NCBI GenBank assembly: GCA_020137815.1
Contig: CM035356.1
Span: 1,674,001 to 1,738,000, forward strand
Direction: 5' to 3'
DNA length: 64,000 bases
Origin: Hormiphora californensis
Taxonomy: Eukaryota > Animalia > Ctenophora
The notes beneath the pieces are model-generated. The model was given only the letters and a program-made list of their open reading frames with translations. It was not told where the DNA came from and made no database searches. The translations under genes and the position numbers were made by a program. Positions 1-27,600 of this stretch are shown one piece after another; position 1 is the first letter of the stretch; the number at the start of each line of letters is the position of its first letter.

Positions 1-973
1 CTGTACAGAGTTTTTTTTGTGAAAGCCGTCATTTCAGAAATAAATAAATTCCCAGTATCTCAAAAACGGCTGATCGTAGAGACCTGAGACTATGCTTAAA
101 CGATTCAGAAGGTCCGATTTTGGGGGGGTCTTCTGAGAGACATTTTGCTCCTACTTCAACCGTTTTTGCTGTAATTGCGAAAAACAAATTCTATGAAAAG
201 GGCAAAAGCTAAACTCCAATATCCTGTAATTAGGGAATTTTAGCTAAGAAAGGACCGAAACTATGGAAAAGTGTGTAACAAGCTAATTCGTTCACTATTT
301 GGTCCATATGGGTCCCTATAATCACCAAAAACAAAATCACAAAAAATCCACGATGGCGAAGATGGGTTTTTGTTTTTCGCAATTACAGCAAAAACGGTTG
401 AAGTAGGAGCAAAATGTCTCTCAGAAGACCCCCCCAAAATCGGACCTTCTGAATCGTTTAAGCATAGTCTCAGGTCTCTACGATCAGCCGTTTTTGAGAT
501 ACAGGGAATTTATTTATTTCTGAAATGACGGCTTTCACAAAAAAAACTCTGTACAGCTTATCTCAAATAAGGACACGCCCAAAATTTATGGCCAGATAGA
601 GAATCGTTAGACGCAACTTTTGACCAATTTACAGCTTTCACATGTTTTCGGAACTTTGCCAAATAGGGCGTTAAAGTGGAAAAAAAGAAATCCATCTCAG
701 GACCGGAAATCAGCTCGGATTGCAAAAAAATTTTTTGTGGTTATTCAACTCTTTGTCCTCTTCAAATCCACAAATTTTTATGATCCTATCTTTACAAATG
801 TATTTTTAAGATGCCAAAAACTTATTTTCAGTTCATTTTTCAAGCAGCTGTAGCAAAAATATGAATTCGACTTGAGAGCTCAAATTGCATATTTGAGGTC
901 TCCTTGGCATGGCCTACAACCCTACGGTGAGAGATTTCCCTGCACTCGAAAAAAAATTTTGGTTAGCGTACCC
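1..973. mobile_element. Large foldback DNA element (left end outside window), possibly Kolobok-like
   Basis: 1-188 is the reverse complement of ~369-556; sequence ends ...GCGTACCC followed by TTAA (974-977), the YY|TTAA pattern of Kolobok-type ends; left end not visible. Confidence 0.6.
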
Positions 974-1332
974 TTAAGGAAGACTACTTTGCTGCTTTTA
1001 AACCCTGGGTTTGTTTCAGTTTGAAGAATAATCGAGGCTGGAGAAAGAGATGGTTTGTCTTTGCGGATGGGAAATTCGCATACTACACATCGAATAAGCC
1101 GGTACGTGACACCAATCTATGTACTGAGTACCTATACCTGCTTATATATGCTAATATGTACAAGACACCGAGATAATTCAACAGCATAAACAGTACAATA
1201 GCTGATCCAAGCCAATATATGTATATGTGACAACGATCAAAAAACGAAACCGCGTTACATCAAGTTTGTTATTACTCTGGTTTATTCCATTTATTCATTT
1301 TAACTACTCAAACACCCCTCTGTGTATTTCAG

Positions 1333-15948
<14,616 letters not shown>

Positions 15949-16759
15949 CCTCAAGACGTTATGTGACTGTGACAGAGACAGTTCTTTATTGTTGGGGTTA
16001 TTCGATATATTCAGTGTTGCAGTGGTGGTATTTTGGACGGTGTTAAGAGCAAACCTGTCTGGCGGTGCTGACCCGAACTGAGAAATAAACGTAGACGGCG
16101 CCGCCAGACAGGAACTAAGAAGGGTTGGGCCTTAATTTAGGAACTTGTTGTTGAGCCCAATGTGGCGTGTATTGATCCGTTGAAAGTTGATGATTGATAC
16201 AGTCGAACATCATACTCTGAGAAGTTGACTGAGAGTTGTGAAACCTCTCATTTTGGACTGATAATGTTTTAAAATTATATACAGTGTTGTGATTTTGTAC
16301 CCTTTTTATGAATATAAATTGTTTTTAGTTTCGTGATTCACTTTCATGAGAAAATATATACGCTTGTTTTATTTATCACAACCGGGCCCCATTGCCCCAA
16401 TTCACCGGCATTCGATTTACCTGTTGGCCGCCTGCTGGCGTCAGACCCCATTTTTATTATCAAATCGGGTCGATTCCTAGCTGCCAGACACTGACAAAAC
16501 TTCACCTGTAATGCTACTTGGCCACATTGATGCCTGAGTGAGATCGAGGTCGCGCAGCGACCGAGATCGATCTCACATCTAGGCCTCCGGCGCGTTATTG
16601 ATTTTAGAGCAAACTTTTTCAAAGACCTGGCTGCAAGGAACTACCGAACCGATTTGCATCTCGTTTGTTGCTCCTGGCAGATAATTGTCTCTAGTATTAC
16701 GGAAAATACCCGCGACTATCAGCATTTGAGGAATAGTGGGTCAAAATTGACGCTAAACA

Positions 16760-17712
16760 GGGGGGGGTGACACGTAACACTTTGTAACACTTTGTAACAT
16801 GTGCAGAAAACTTTTTGTGCACGTTACATGTTACAAAGTGTTACAAAGTGTTACATAGTGTTACAAAGTGTTACATAGTGTTACAAAGTGTTACATAGTG
16901 TTACAAAGTGTTACATAGTGTTACAAAGTGTTACATAGTGTTACAAAGTGTTACATAGTGTTACAAAGTGTTACATAGTGTTACAAAGTGTTACAAATTG
17001 TTACATAGTGTTACAAAGTGTCACAAAGTGTTACATAGTGTCACAAAGTGTTACAAATTGTTACAAAGTGTTACAAATTGTTACAAAAACACAAGGATTT
17101 GTAGCGAAGCACATTTTCAATCGTTGACCAAAAAATTGATTTTGGAAAAATTTTATTTCTTTTTCCAACAGAAACGTCGTATATCATCTTATTAAGTACA
17201 AAGAATCGATTACCAATGAAAAAAAGTCAATTGGGTCACAACTCACAGGTGACTCAGCACATTGGGGGCCTCTGAGAGGCACAATACTTCTAATATCACT
17301 CTAAAAACTTTACCGCTGTCTAAAGTTCATATTTTTCTTTACCAAATGGACTATTTCAGCCCTGATTTCCACAGTCGATGACATCGGAGGCTCAAAACAT
17401 CCGCAAATTAGTAAAAAAGTGTATGTTTTAACCCTAGAAATGATTTAAAACTTTTAGATGTGTTCTAGAAAGACACCAAAGTCGTTCAAATTACTTATTC
17501 ACCAACCGTTGAAAATTTGCTTCGCTACAAATCCTTGTGTTTTGTAACAATTTGTAACACTTTGTAACAATTTGTAACAATTTGTAACACTTTGTAACAA
17601 TTTGTAACACTTTGTGACACTTTGTAACACTATGTAACACTATGTAACACTTTGTAACACTATGTAACACTTTGTAACACTATGTAACACTTTGTAACAC
17701 TATGTAACACTT
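16760..17712. mobile_element. G-run-ended element with inverted 10-bp tandem arrays
   Basis: Starts G8-TGACACG; (GTGTTACAWA)n at ~16830-17085 and its reverse complement at ~17540-17712; right terminus missing. Confidence 0.75.
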
Positions 17713-17992
17713 TGAGTAGTGCTAGGTCAGCTAAAAAGGTCTCCAAAAACGGTCTATCACGCGCGATCTGCTGAAAACGTGCTTTAATATCGCGCGCACG
17801 TGAGTTCTTGCTCTCAACGGACCGGGATCCTATTATTCGCGGAGCGAGAATAGGATGCGATGGATCCAATAATGCTACCGCGGTCTAATGAGTTTGACGT
17901 ATACTCCATTTTTTTTCAACTGTTCACCCCCCAAAGTCGTGCGCGGAATTGTTTTGCGCGTTTATCACATGTTAACGTATAGCGCGCGCCAT

Positions 17993-18048
17993 CTGTCTGG
18001 CGGCGCCAGACCCCATTTGATTCTCAGATGGGTCGCGGCGCCAGACAG
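17993..18048 (+). mobile_element. Micro-MITE family C (CTGTCTGGCG...CGCCAGACAG)
   Basis: 56 bp, 10-bp TIR, perfect 8-bp TSD CGCGCCAT. Confidence 0.85.
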
Positions 18049-19037
18049 CGCGCCATCCAAATTCTAATTTTTATTAAATTTCAGTTTTTGGGTGAACAGT
18101 TGAAAAAAAATGGACTTTAAGACGCGAAATTCACTAACCCCAACACCGATTGGCATTTGGATCCATCGCATCCTATTCTCGCTCCGCGAATAATAGGATC
18201 CCGGTCCGTTGAGAGCAAGAACTCTCGTGCGCGCGAAATAAAGCACGTTTTCAACAAATCGCGCGTGATAGACCGTTTTTGGAGACCTTTTTAGCTGACC
18301 TAGCACTACTCAAAGGTCAATTGTGGCCTCATTTCGCATCGTGATGAATCGGCGGGTATTTTCCCATACTCACAAGGCCATGACGATTCCCCCAGTACCC
18401 GCAGATTGTCCCAGGACCGAGTAGGAGCTTGCAGCCAGGTCTTTAAAGAATTGCTCATCTTTAGTGTCAATTTTGACCCACTATTCCTCAAATGCTGATA
18501 TTCGCGGGTATTTTCCGTAAAACTAGAGACAATTATCTGCCAGGAGCAACAAACGAGATGCAAATCGGTTCAGTAGTTCCTTGCAGCCAGGTCTTTAAAA
18601 AAGTTTGCTCTAAAATCAATAACGCGCCGGAGGCCTAGATGTGAGATCGATCTCGGTCGCTGCGCGACCTCGATCTCACTCAGGCATCAATGTGGCCAAG
18701 ATTGGCATCACTTTCCAGCAGCCAAAGAGAAGCTGCCGAAGAGAGAAAGGGGGTAACCGTATGAAGAGTTAATCGCGGTGAGTCTCATTCACATTGGGTT
18801 CGATCATTTGCCCCCGGTGTTGGGGTTAGTAATAAATAAATCTTAAAATCACTCACTCAAATAAACAATAAATATTACAAATAAAAAGTCAGTCATTAAA
18901 ATCACACATTGCAATGGGAAGTGGAGTCGTGAACTTCTTCCTCGTGCCCCTCAGTGAGACCAAGGTACTTCTGAGGAGACAGAACCGTATCCGCGTTCTC
19001 AAGAAATTAATCACGCGAAAGATTTATCTAAACGCTA

Positions 19038-19259
19038 AAGTCGGATTTTTTGAAACTGTCACCCCCCTGGGTATTTTCAAATTTCGTAAATGACCATAAA
19101 TCCGGTTCCTGACGAGATAGAGACTTGAAATTTGGAGGTTACGAAGATCTTGCTAAGTTCTTCCGAACCTCTAAATTTCAAGTCTCTATCTCATCAGGAA
19201 CCGGAGATATGGCAAATTTTGTTATTTCAGGGGGGTGACAGTTTCAAAAAATCCGACTT
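19038..19259. mobile_element. Palindromic MITE with TA TSD
   Basis: TIR AAGTCGGATTTTTTGAAACTGTCACCCCCC; related copy at 39619-39769. Confidence 0.85.
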
Positions 19260-20091
19260 TACTTGTATTCAAATGCGCGGCGCGCATTGAAAACTCGGAT
19301 CGCGCGCGTACCGTGAGAGAAATGAAAAAGTTGACCCACTTTTTTTTTGAAAAGCGCTGCCTTATCCCGCGCTGCGCGTGGCGCAGAACAGAACGGGGGC
19401 CAGCAACGTTTGCCAAACACTTTTTTAAAAAAAGACACGCGTGTTTTTTAGAAGTCGGATTTTCTTTTTTATCCTTTCCCTGGCCAGTGGTCGGGTGGCG
19501 GGTGCTTTGCAAAAACTAAAAAGGCATAGCAGCCATCATACTATTGAGGACATAATTTTATTTTCAAGAACCTGGACCCTGAAGTCTGAACCGACATATC
19601 CAAACATGCAGATTGCAGCGACCTGCCGCCTGCGACTGGTGACATTAGCCTTTTTGACTCCTAATAAAGTTGTGACTTGTCACTGTAGTCTTGCGGAATA
19701 GTTTAAGTGAATTGTCGCCGTGTTGAGTGTGTACTAAAGTCTAAAACACACATGGTCTCCTCGCGGCACGGCCTAAACATGTGCTTCCTGGGGGTCCGCG
19801 GCCCAGCCTCACAACGCTTTTCAATGTGCGACTGTGACTTGTCACCGCATGGTTGAGGCCACACCGCCTCGGGAACCATGTGCCCAATTTGTCAAGTGCT
19901 GATGATAAAACAATGAAGACAATTTGTGAAAACTTGATCGCGTATTTATCGATCGTGTAGCTATCGACTGTCCAAAATGCAGTTGTGTTATTTCGTTGTG
20001 ACTCTACTGTTATGTTATGTATTGCTTCATCTCAGGGATGTCGATTTTAATAACCTCGAATCGTATAACGCTTTGAATCAAAGTGATAACA

Positions 20092-21206
20092 ATGGTTAAA
20101 GAAGGGATCAAGATCTTCCTTAGGGCGAAGCCCACAAAGGCCAGAACAGGGGTAAGGAAACATCAGAGCACTGCATAGAACATTCCAAAGATTTTTCAAC
20201 TTGTTATTAGTTCTCATCACTTGCTCATAGTACAGGAGTATAGGAGCACCTTTAGAGTTCAGTTACAAAGCTTATAATTTATAAATGATAAAATGATCTT
20301 CCACATTCAGTATGTGGACTTGGAGGAAGATTCTGTTGCATTTCACGTTCCTAAGGAGGATAGTGAAGGATATATCAACAACAAAAAAGACTTGTACAAG
20401 TTTAAATTCGACCACGTATTCCGAGGTGATACCCAACAGGATTGCATTTTCGGTAAGGTAAGTCGCTGGTTGAAATATTTGATGTGCTATATCATCACCC
20501 TGGTAAACATAAGAGGTTTGTATACATATATGGTTATGGTTACATAAGACCAGTAGACCTATAAATACGAATTACTAAACTTGGTGACATTGTGGCGTAT
20601 GGAATATGGATAAGCTTAATTACTGGATTAATTAAAAGTTCTAACACATTATGTGGCAATTATTACTACAATATTTTCGTACAGGTTTGCGAAACAGCTG
20701 CAGAAAGTGCAACAAAGGGTTACAATGCAACGATCTTTGCATACGGGCAGACCGGGTCAGGAAAGACCTTCACTATTACGGGCGGGGCGGAGAGGTACCG
20801 GGATAGGGGTATGATACCTCGTTCCATCAGCTATGTGTTCCAGACTTTTGAAAAAGTAAGTATGATAGTGAGAAATGAGAAAGTATATTATGTTCATGAG
20901 ATAAACATACCGCAGTCCGCGTTGCCCAAAAAAGAGAGGGTATGTTGGCCTTCCTTACTAGATCAAGCCAAGAGTTTTAGAAAACTCAAAACTAAATTAT
21001 TGTATTCTCTTCAGAATCCCAGCTGTATGTATACTATGCACATATCATATCTGGAAATTTATAACGAAAACGGCTATGACTTACTTGATCCCGCCAAGGA
21101 AGTTACCTAGACTGAAGGAGAGAATGCGAGGGAGTTCAAGGTGGGGGGAGAGAGACGAGAGAGAGAGAGAGAGGGGGAGAGAGAGAGAGAGAGAGAGAGG
21201 AGAGAG

Positions 21207-21241
<35 letters not shown>

Positions 21242-21396
21242 GACGTAGAGAGAGAGAGAGAGGAGAGAGAGAGAGAAAGTGAGAGAGAGCAGAGCGAGAG
21301 AGAGGAAAGCCTGAGAGAGAGAGCGACGAGAGCCGGCGAGAGATGAGAGAGAAGAGAGGAGAGAGAGAGAGAGAGAGGAGAGAGAGCGCGAGAGAT

Positions 21397-21429
<33 letters not shown>

Positions 21430-21585
21430 CAGAGAGAGAGGGAGAAGAGAGAGAGAGAGCAGCAGAGAGAGAGGAGAGATGACGAGTAGCGATAGAGGAG
21501 AGAGAGAGAGTAGAGAGATGGCAGAGAAGAGAGCGAGAGAGGAGACGCTCTCTCTTAGTCTTGTGTCATCGACGAAGTATCGATT

Positions 21586-21634
<49 letters not shown>

Positions 21635-24600
21635 CCTCTCCCTCTCTCTCTCTCCCTCTCTAACAGATTTGCCACGGGTTTATCTTCAAGAAGACTCAGA
21701 AGGAAACTTTCACACTCGCAACTTGACTGTGCACCAGGCTAACACCGAGGAGGACGGTATGTATTTCTTTTTTACTTAGGTGACTTAGGTGCTACTGCAT
21801 CAGTGAGCTTGTGTTCCATTTCATGTAAGACAAAGTCGATCCTTGGGGAGGGGTTGTTCCTACCACCGGTTGTCTGACTGAACCCGCCTGCGTAGAGTCA
21901 GCCATGTCGGCTCTTTGTGGGTAGTTCCTGACCTCCCTTTGTCGGACAGTATATCAGTCTACCCTGGCTACATAATATAAAGGCGGGTTTATTGATTATG
22001 ATATGTGCTGACACGGCCTGATGCATTGTATAAATACATCATGTAATATATTAGTCATTTCCTGTACTGAGTTCATGCGGGCTGACACATCTGTACACAC
22101 TGGCCCCTCACTGCTGTACAAGTAACTAGCACCGAATATATATGTTCACTACCTACAATACATACTGTATCGATATAATGATTAATGGACGTGAAATTTA
22201 GTCTTTAGAGGGTCACGTCACCGTCACCCTTGCACCTCCGAAGATCTCCCAGAGACGTCCCAGTGCAACTGGGGATTATAGTTGATGCACCGCCCGGGAA
22301 GTCATTCACCGCCAAAAAAGTGTGTTAGAATTATCATTGAGTCACTTTACTGGCAGTAAATTTCGTCCCTGGTGGTTTTTCTATTATAATCCCCCAGCTG
22401 GGACATCTATGTGAGATCTCCCAGGGAAGTCTCCCAGAGACGAAAAACTACTGCCAGAAAAGTGACTCAATGACAATTCTGCCACACTTTTTTGGCGGTG
22501 CATGACTTCCCGGGCGGTTCATCAATTATAATCCCCCGGCTGCACTGGGACGTCTCTGGGGGACGTCTCCGGGAGATCTCCAGAGGTGCAAGGGAAGCAA
22601 AAATGCTTCATCCCGATATACAAAATAGATTCCCCCGTGGATCCCAGTAAATCGGGGTCCGACTGCAACTAGCACAGAGTTTGGCAACCGAATCAGCTTG
22701 GTATTACATTAGCATACAAGTAGACAATTAGCACATGTTCTTTTCAGCGCTAAACCTATTGTTCATGGGGGATACCAACAGAATGACAGCGGAGACACCT
22801 ATGAACATGGCATCAACACGATCCCATTGTATATTCACCATTTACATCAGCTGCAAGAGCCAGGAAAGTCCTACTATCCGACGAGGGAAAATCCATCTGG
22901 TCGATCTTGCAGGGTAAATTATATTGTGCTATAGATCGCGTATTATCATTATGATCTGATGAATGAGGGTTTAAACCGGTTTACTGCATATTCTATGTCC
23001 GACAGGTCAGAGCGAGTTGGCAAAACAGGAGTATCAGGAACGATCCTAAACGAAGCAAAGTATATCAACCTGTCTCTCCATTATCTAGAACAGGTAAGTC
23101 GGTTACTCGGTTTTGAATATTTTGTGTGCTTTGCAAGGGTGGGTGGACAGTTTCAAAAAAGGCGACTTTATCTTTTAGGCTTCATTAGGGGAACTCTAGA
23201 TCAATGGACGCACAGTAGAGAAGGTCCTTAATTGCCAAAACTCTACTTTGCTGAACGCTTATAGTCGAATTTTTTATTTAAGCGACGGGCCGCCGCGCAT
23301 TCAAAGAGGTCGCGCGGCGTTATATTTGCGCGTGATAATCGAGATCGAGTTCCTGGCAATCTTAAGACTTGAACCCGGAAGCGTTGGAAAGATAATTTCA
23401 AGACCTTTCCAACGCAATCAAAATCAATTCTTTATCTAATCAGGAACCGGAGATATGAGCGAAAAGGTTTCTCGAATTGTCACACGCAAATACAACGCCG
23501 CGCGACTTCTTTGAATGCGCGGCGGCCTGTCGCTTAAATTAAAAATTCAACTTTATCAGCGAAAACACGCGACCATATCTGTGTGTCTATGACTGCGTGC
23601 TACGAAAAAGCCTATTTTACGAGCGGAATGGGGCGCGTTCTCGCTGATAAAAGTTCAGCAGAGTAGAGTTTTGGCAATTATAGACCTTCACTACTGCACT
23701 GTGCATCAATTGACCTAGAGTTGTCCCTGAACCCACTGGTAGACTTGGTTACAAAGTCACCCCTATTATTTCGCGGAGGGGTAATTTCATTACCAACTAA
23801 CTGGTAGACGCTGGAAATGTGGTTATAAGGGGTGGAATTGCCTGAATTCGGCTAATTGTACCGGGTTGGATTTTGCTGGCTCGTGAAGCGCACTACCAGG
23901 GGTGGGCCACCCCGGGTGGCGGAATGATTTTTCTCCAGGGGGAGGGGGCTGACCAAAAGTTTTGATGACCTTTTTTGTATGCAAAATTTACTCGATTTTC
24001 CATAGAAAATTCCATACTTAGGGCCATACTTAGGGCGGTGTGCCGAGTGCCCCTGTACACATTTCAAGTGGAGGGGGCGTCCACCGTGCGCCCCCCCCTT
24101 GTGCACAACACACTCGAAATCACCCATCTGACTCCGACTTGGCTGGGTATTATAGATTACGTTGCGGTGTATAGGGGGTGTAAAGATGACTGTAGGACGC
24201 ATTATGTACACGTTACATATTCCTATTTTAGCACACTCATGAAATATTCCTGAACTATGACCTACATGTACGATTAGTGGTGTTGTTGGCGGCATGGCGA
24301 TTTATTGTGATAAAAGTGAGGAGTTGTCAGCAGTCCTCTATAATAGGATACACCAGGAAGGAAAGGGCCGCATCTTTCCTCCAATGGGGCTAGTCGTGAT
24401 GGAGAGAGACAGAGAAAAGACAAGGGAAGAAAGAGAGAATCAGTGAATTAAATAGATAAAACACCGGGAGAGATACATATAGTGAGACAGGGGGAGGGAA
24501 AGAGAGAACGAATAAGCCCGTGGGATTGCTTGTTTTGAAAAGTCTTTCTTGATATAATGTCCTTGTATAGTGTTTGGGTTGTTTTGTAAGATATACAAAA

Positions 24601-27600
24601 GTAGATCCTGCGATTTTGTGTATACATTGTACATCTTATATGGGGACGAAACACAGGTATGTCAAGTGGTAGTTAAATCTCGCAGGCTCGTGCACTAAAG
24701 TACAAGAATGTACCACGATCTGCGGTCTCGGACCATTATTGTTGCAGTTATATCACTCGATCGACCTTCGGTCTCGGGGTCTCCACCACTATTAGAACAC
24801 GAATCTTATCGATTTATCGGACTTTAGGGGGAAGGTTTTTGTTTGGTATGTGGTGTGGTCGGGTGTGCTCAGATCTTCTTAAACTCTCTTAATGACCCCT
24901 AACGTTAAGAATCAAAAGTTAAATAAATTTTGATATCCAAATTTTGAGGTCGGAGACTGGGAGGTAAGATATGCATATGAGGCATAAACTCTGGCCACTG
25001 GCACGTTATTTCAGATACCTTTCTCCCAGCGCGCCGCTGGGAGAAGGTAGCTGTAGTTTATCCGCCAGTGGCGGATAAACTGGTTTAAATCACGACGACG
25101 ATCCTGAGGCGTAGCCGAGGGAGAGGCGGAGGGGTTTAAACCAATAACGTGCCATTGGTCAGAGTTTATGGGTTATATACCCTGCTTTAGTTGTTTGTTT
25201 CAAGTATTACACACTAACAAGAGAGAGAACACTAATCAAAACACACAAAGAGAACTGAGAAACAGTCAAAAACATCTCTCAATTGAGTGTATATTGTTTG
25301 GTAACAGTTACTAAGGAGAGAGAGAAAGAAATAACAAGATATGGGGCATGCCAGACATAACACAGAGGAATTGAGATAGTGAAACAAAAGGGGAGATAAA
25401 GAGAGAGAAATTGACGGAATGTGTTGTTTCTTTCTCTCCAATGCAGTGTGTAACTCTTGCAAACAGTGTTCCCTCTGTATTTCAGTAAGAACTGATCATT
25501 TACACACACTTTGAATGTAACATAGGAGTTAATAATAAACAGCCAGCCAGTGGGAAATAATCTGCCGCTGGACTGGCTGTATATTGAGAGCGCGCCAGTG
25601 GGACTTCTCGCCGCTGGCGGGTTATTTAAGTTAGCAGGGTATATAATGCAATAAAATCACCGTGTTTCACTTTGGTAGCCAAATTAAGGCCTAGCCGGTT
25701 TTTGATATGAAGCCGTAAAAACTCGAAGTTTCGGACAAGATTGTTTGTTTGTTTTAGGAACATCTTGGTCTATTCTGACAAGGGTTTATTTCAGGTGATT
25801 ATAGCACTCTCTGAGAAGTCCAGGACCCACATTCCCTACCGTAACTCTATGATGACAAGTATGTTACGGGACAGTCTTGGAGGAAACTGTATTACCAGTA
25901 TGGTAGCAACTGTGTCTATGGAGAAACGGAATATAGACGTAAGGGATATAATTAACATATACAGTTGTATGATGCCATGTTTCACTATAAAACTACTAAA
26001 ACTTGCCTTGCTCGAACCTCTTCCCTGTAAAGGAGGGTTAGAACATAACGAGCTAAAACACATCACTCCACCCAGGAATCTATTTCAACATGTCGGTTTG
26101 CACAGCGAGTTGCCCTTATTAAGAATGACGCAGTGTGTAATGAGGAAGTAGACCCAAAATTGGTGATATCCCGTTTAAAGAGGGAAATACAGACACTCAA
26201 AGACGGCATGGAGCTGAACGGTAGCCCTGTTACTGCGGACCCACTGTCAGATGAGGAATTATTGCAGTAAGTATTAAACAGTTGTAGAGTACTCAAACTT
26301 CATACTAACTTGACATGATCTCACTCGCTGTTATAAGTCTGTGAGGGACAATGTTCTTGCTTAGGGGTCGGAACTCGTGCCCGGTGCCATTTTGGCTTAA
26401 AACTGATAAACAAGTATTGCTAGCTTCTGGCACGCGTGGCTGGGGGAGGTTAGAGGTCAGTGACCGCTGGTCACCCTCCCATCGTAAGAGCAGTGATTGA
26501 ATGTAATCGTGATCAGAACATTGGCCTGACAAAATGGGACAGACTTGTCCTACAAATTTGACCTGCGACCTGCGGTGATTCCGCCGCGCGCCGATTTGTT
26601 GTCGAAAGTACACTTTTCAGCAGTGCGAGTCAATCCACATGCTTGTAAAGCGTCCTGACATGAATTTTCTGTTTTCATCACTGTTTTGATTACGTGACTG
26701 TAACCGGCACGGTTTGGAGACTAGAGAGGGTAGCGTGGCTCTCTATTATCCTTGTGGCTTGAGATCATCCCAATAGTCTATTCATCCACCTCTAATTTAG
26801 GTGGTCCTATTTTAAATAAAATTCTTACACAGGTGTCGAGAGAAAGTCAACAAGTACATAGAAGCATTGGACCCAGAAGAGAGGTTAAATGTGGACGCAG
26901 ATTTTCGGAAAATTCACTTCTGTTTTCAATATTTCAAACACCTGCTAAAACAGAATAGTGGTCCTAGGAGTATTAACCCGAGTGAGGCGGGAAGTGAGCC
27001 AGTGTCGACCCAACTTTGTGTAAGTACAATAACAAGACTTGCAAATCTTTAACTAAACATGCTAATGTTTGGATTGTTCGACAGTCGTGTTCTCAATACA
27101 CGTACTATAATAGTAGTCATAGTGGCTGTGAGTCTGGTGTGTTTCGAACCCATAACATACCATTATACCCTTTAGACGGAGAAGGAGACCCAGCGACTGA
27201 AAGACCTTGTCACACAGCGAGACACAGAGATTAACATCCTTGTTAATTTGTTGAAAAAGGAAAGGCAGAACACGGAAGGAGAAAGGGCGGTGTCTACTGA
27301 AGGTGCAGGTGTGGAATTGTTGCCTAAACCAGCCAACCAAGGCCGACAAGTTAAACACCTTTCCAAGGTACAACATGTTTTACAGTGGGACCCCGATGTA
27401 TCGGGATGCCCGGGGGAAAGGGGTTTGGCGTGCAATCAAATATATTCGCTGTGGCATTTTTTTATCATTCAAAACACCATCATATACTGTTATAGCCTTG
27501 TTATAACCAGTATCATCCGTGTGATCAGGGTCGCCAAGAGGCATTCGATATATTCCGGAGGGACTACGCACATAACACAGCAATTGAACAAAACAAAGCT

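Larger units (their letters stand above)
16517..18700. mobile_element. Composite foldback element with nested insertions
   Basis: Outer arms ~16517-16757 and ~18461-18700; inner arms ~17711-17930 and ~18085-18313 are inverted copies. Confidence 0.85.

Noticed and set aside
16830-17712. CRISPR-like or coding repeat (HSVTKCY ORFs)
   Set aside because: Pure 10-bp tandem with no unique spacers, in a eukaryotic context.
19105-19200. CTGAYGA...GAAA as a hammerhead
   Set aside because: The intervening GATAGAGACTT cannot form stem II; the motif is part of a common MITE internal sequence.
21100-21125. Premature stop and missing donor in a KIF6 exon
   Set aside because: Abuts a noisy GA tract; the rest of the gene is intact, so probably low-quality consensus.
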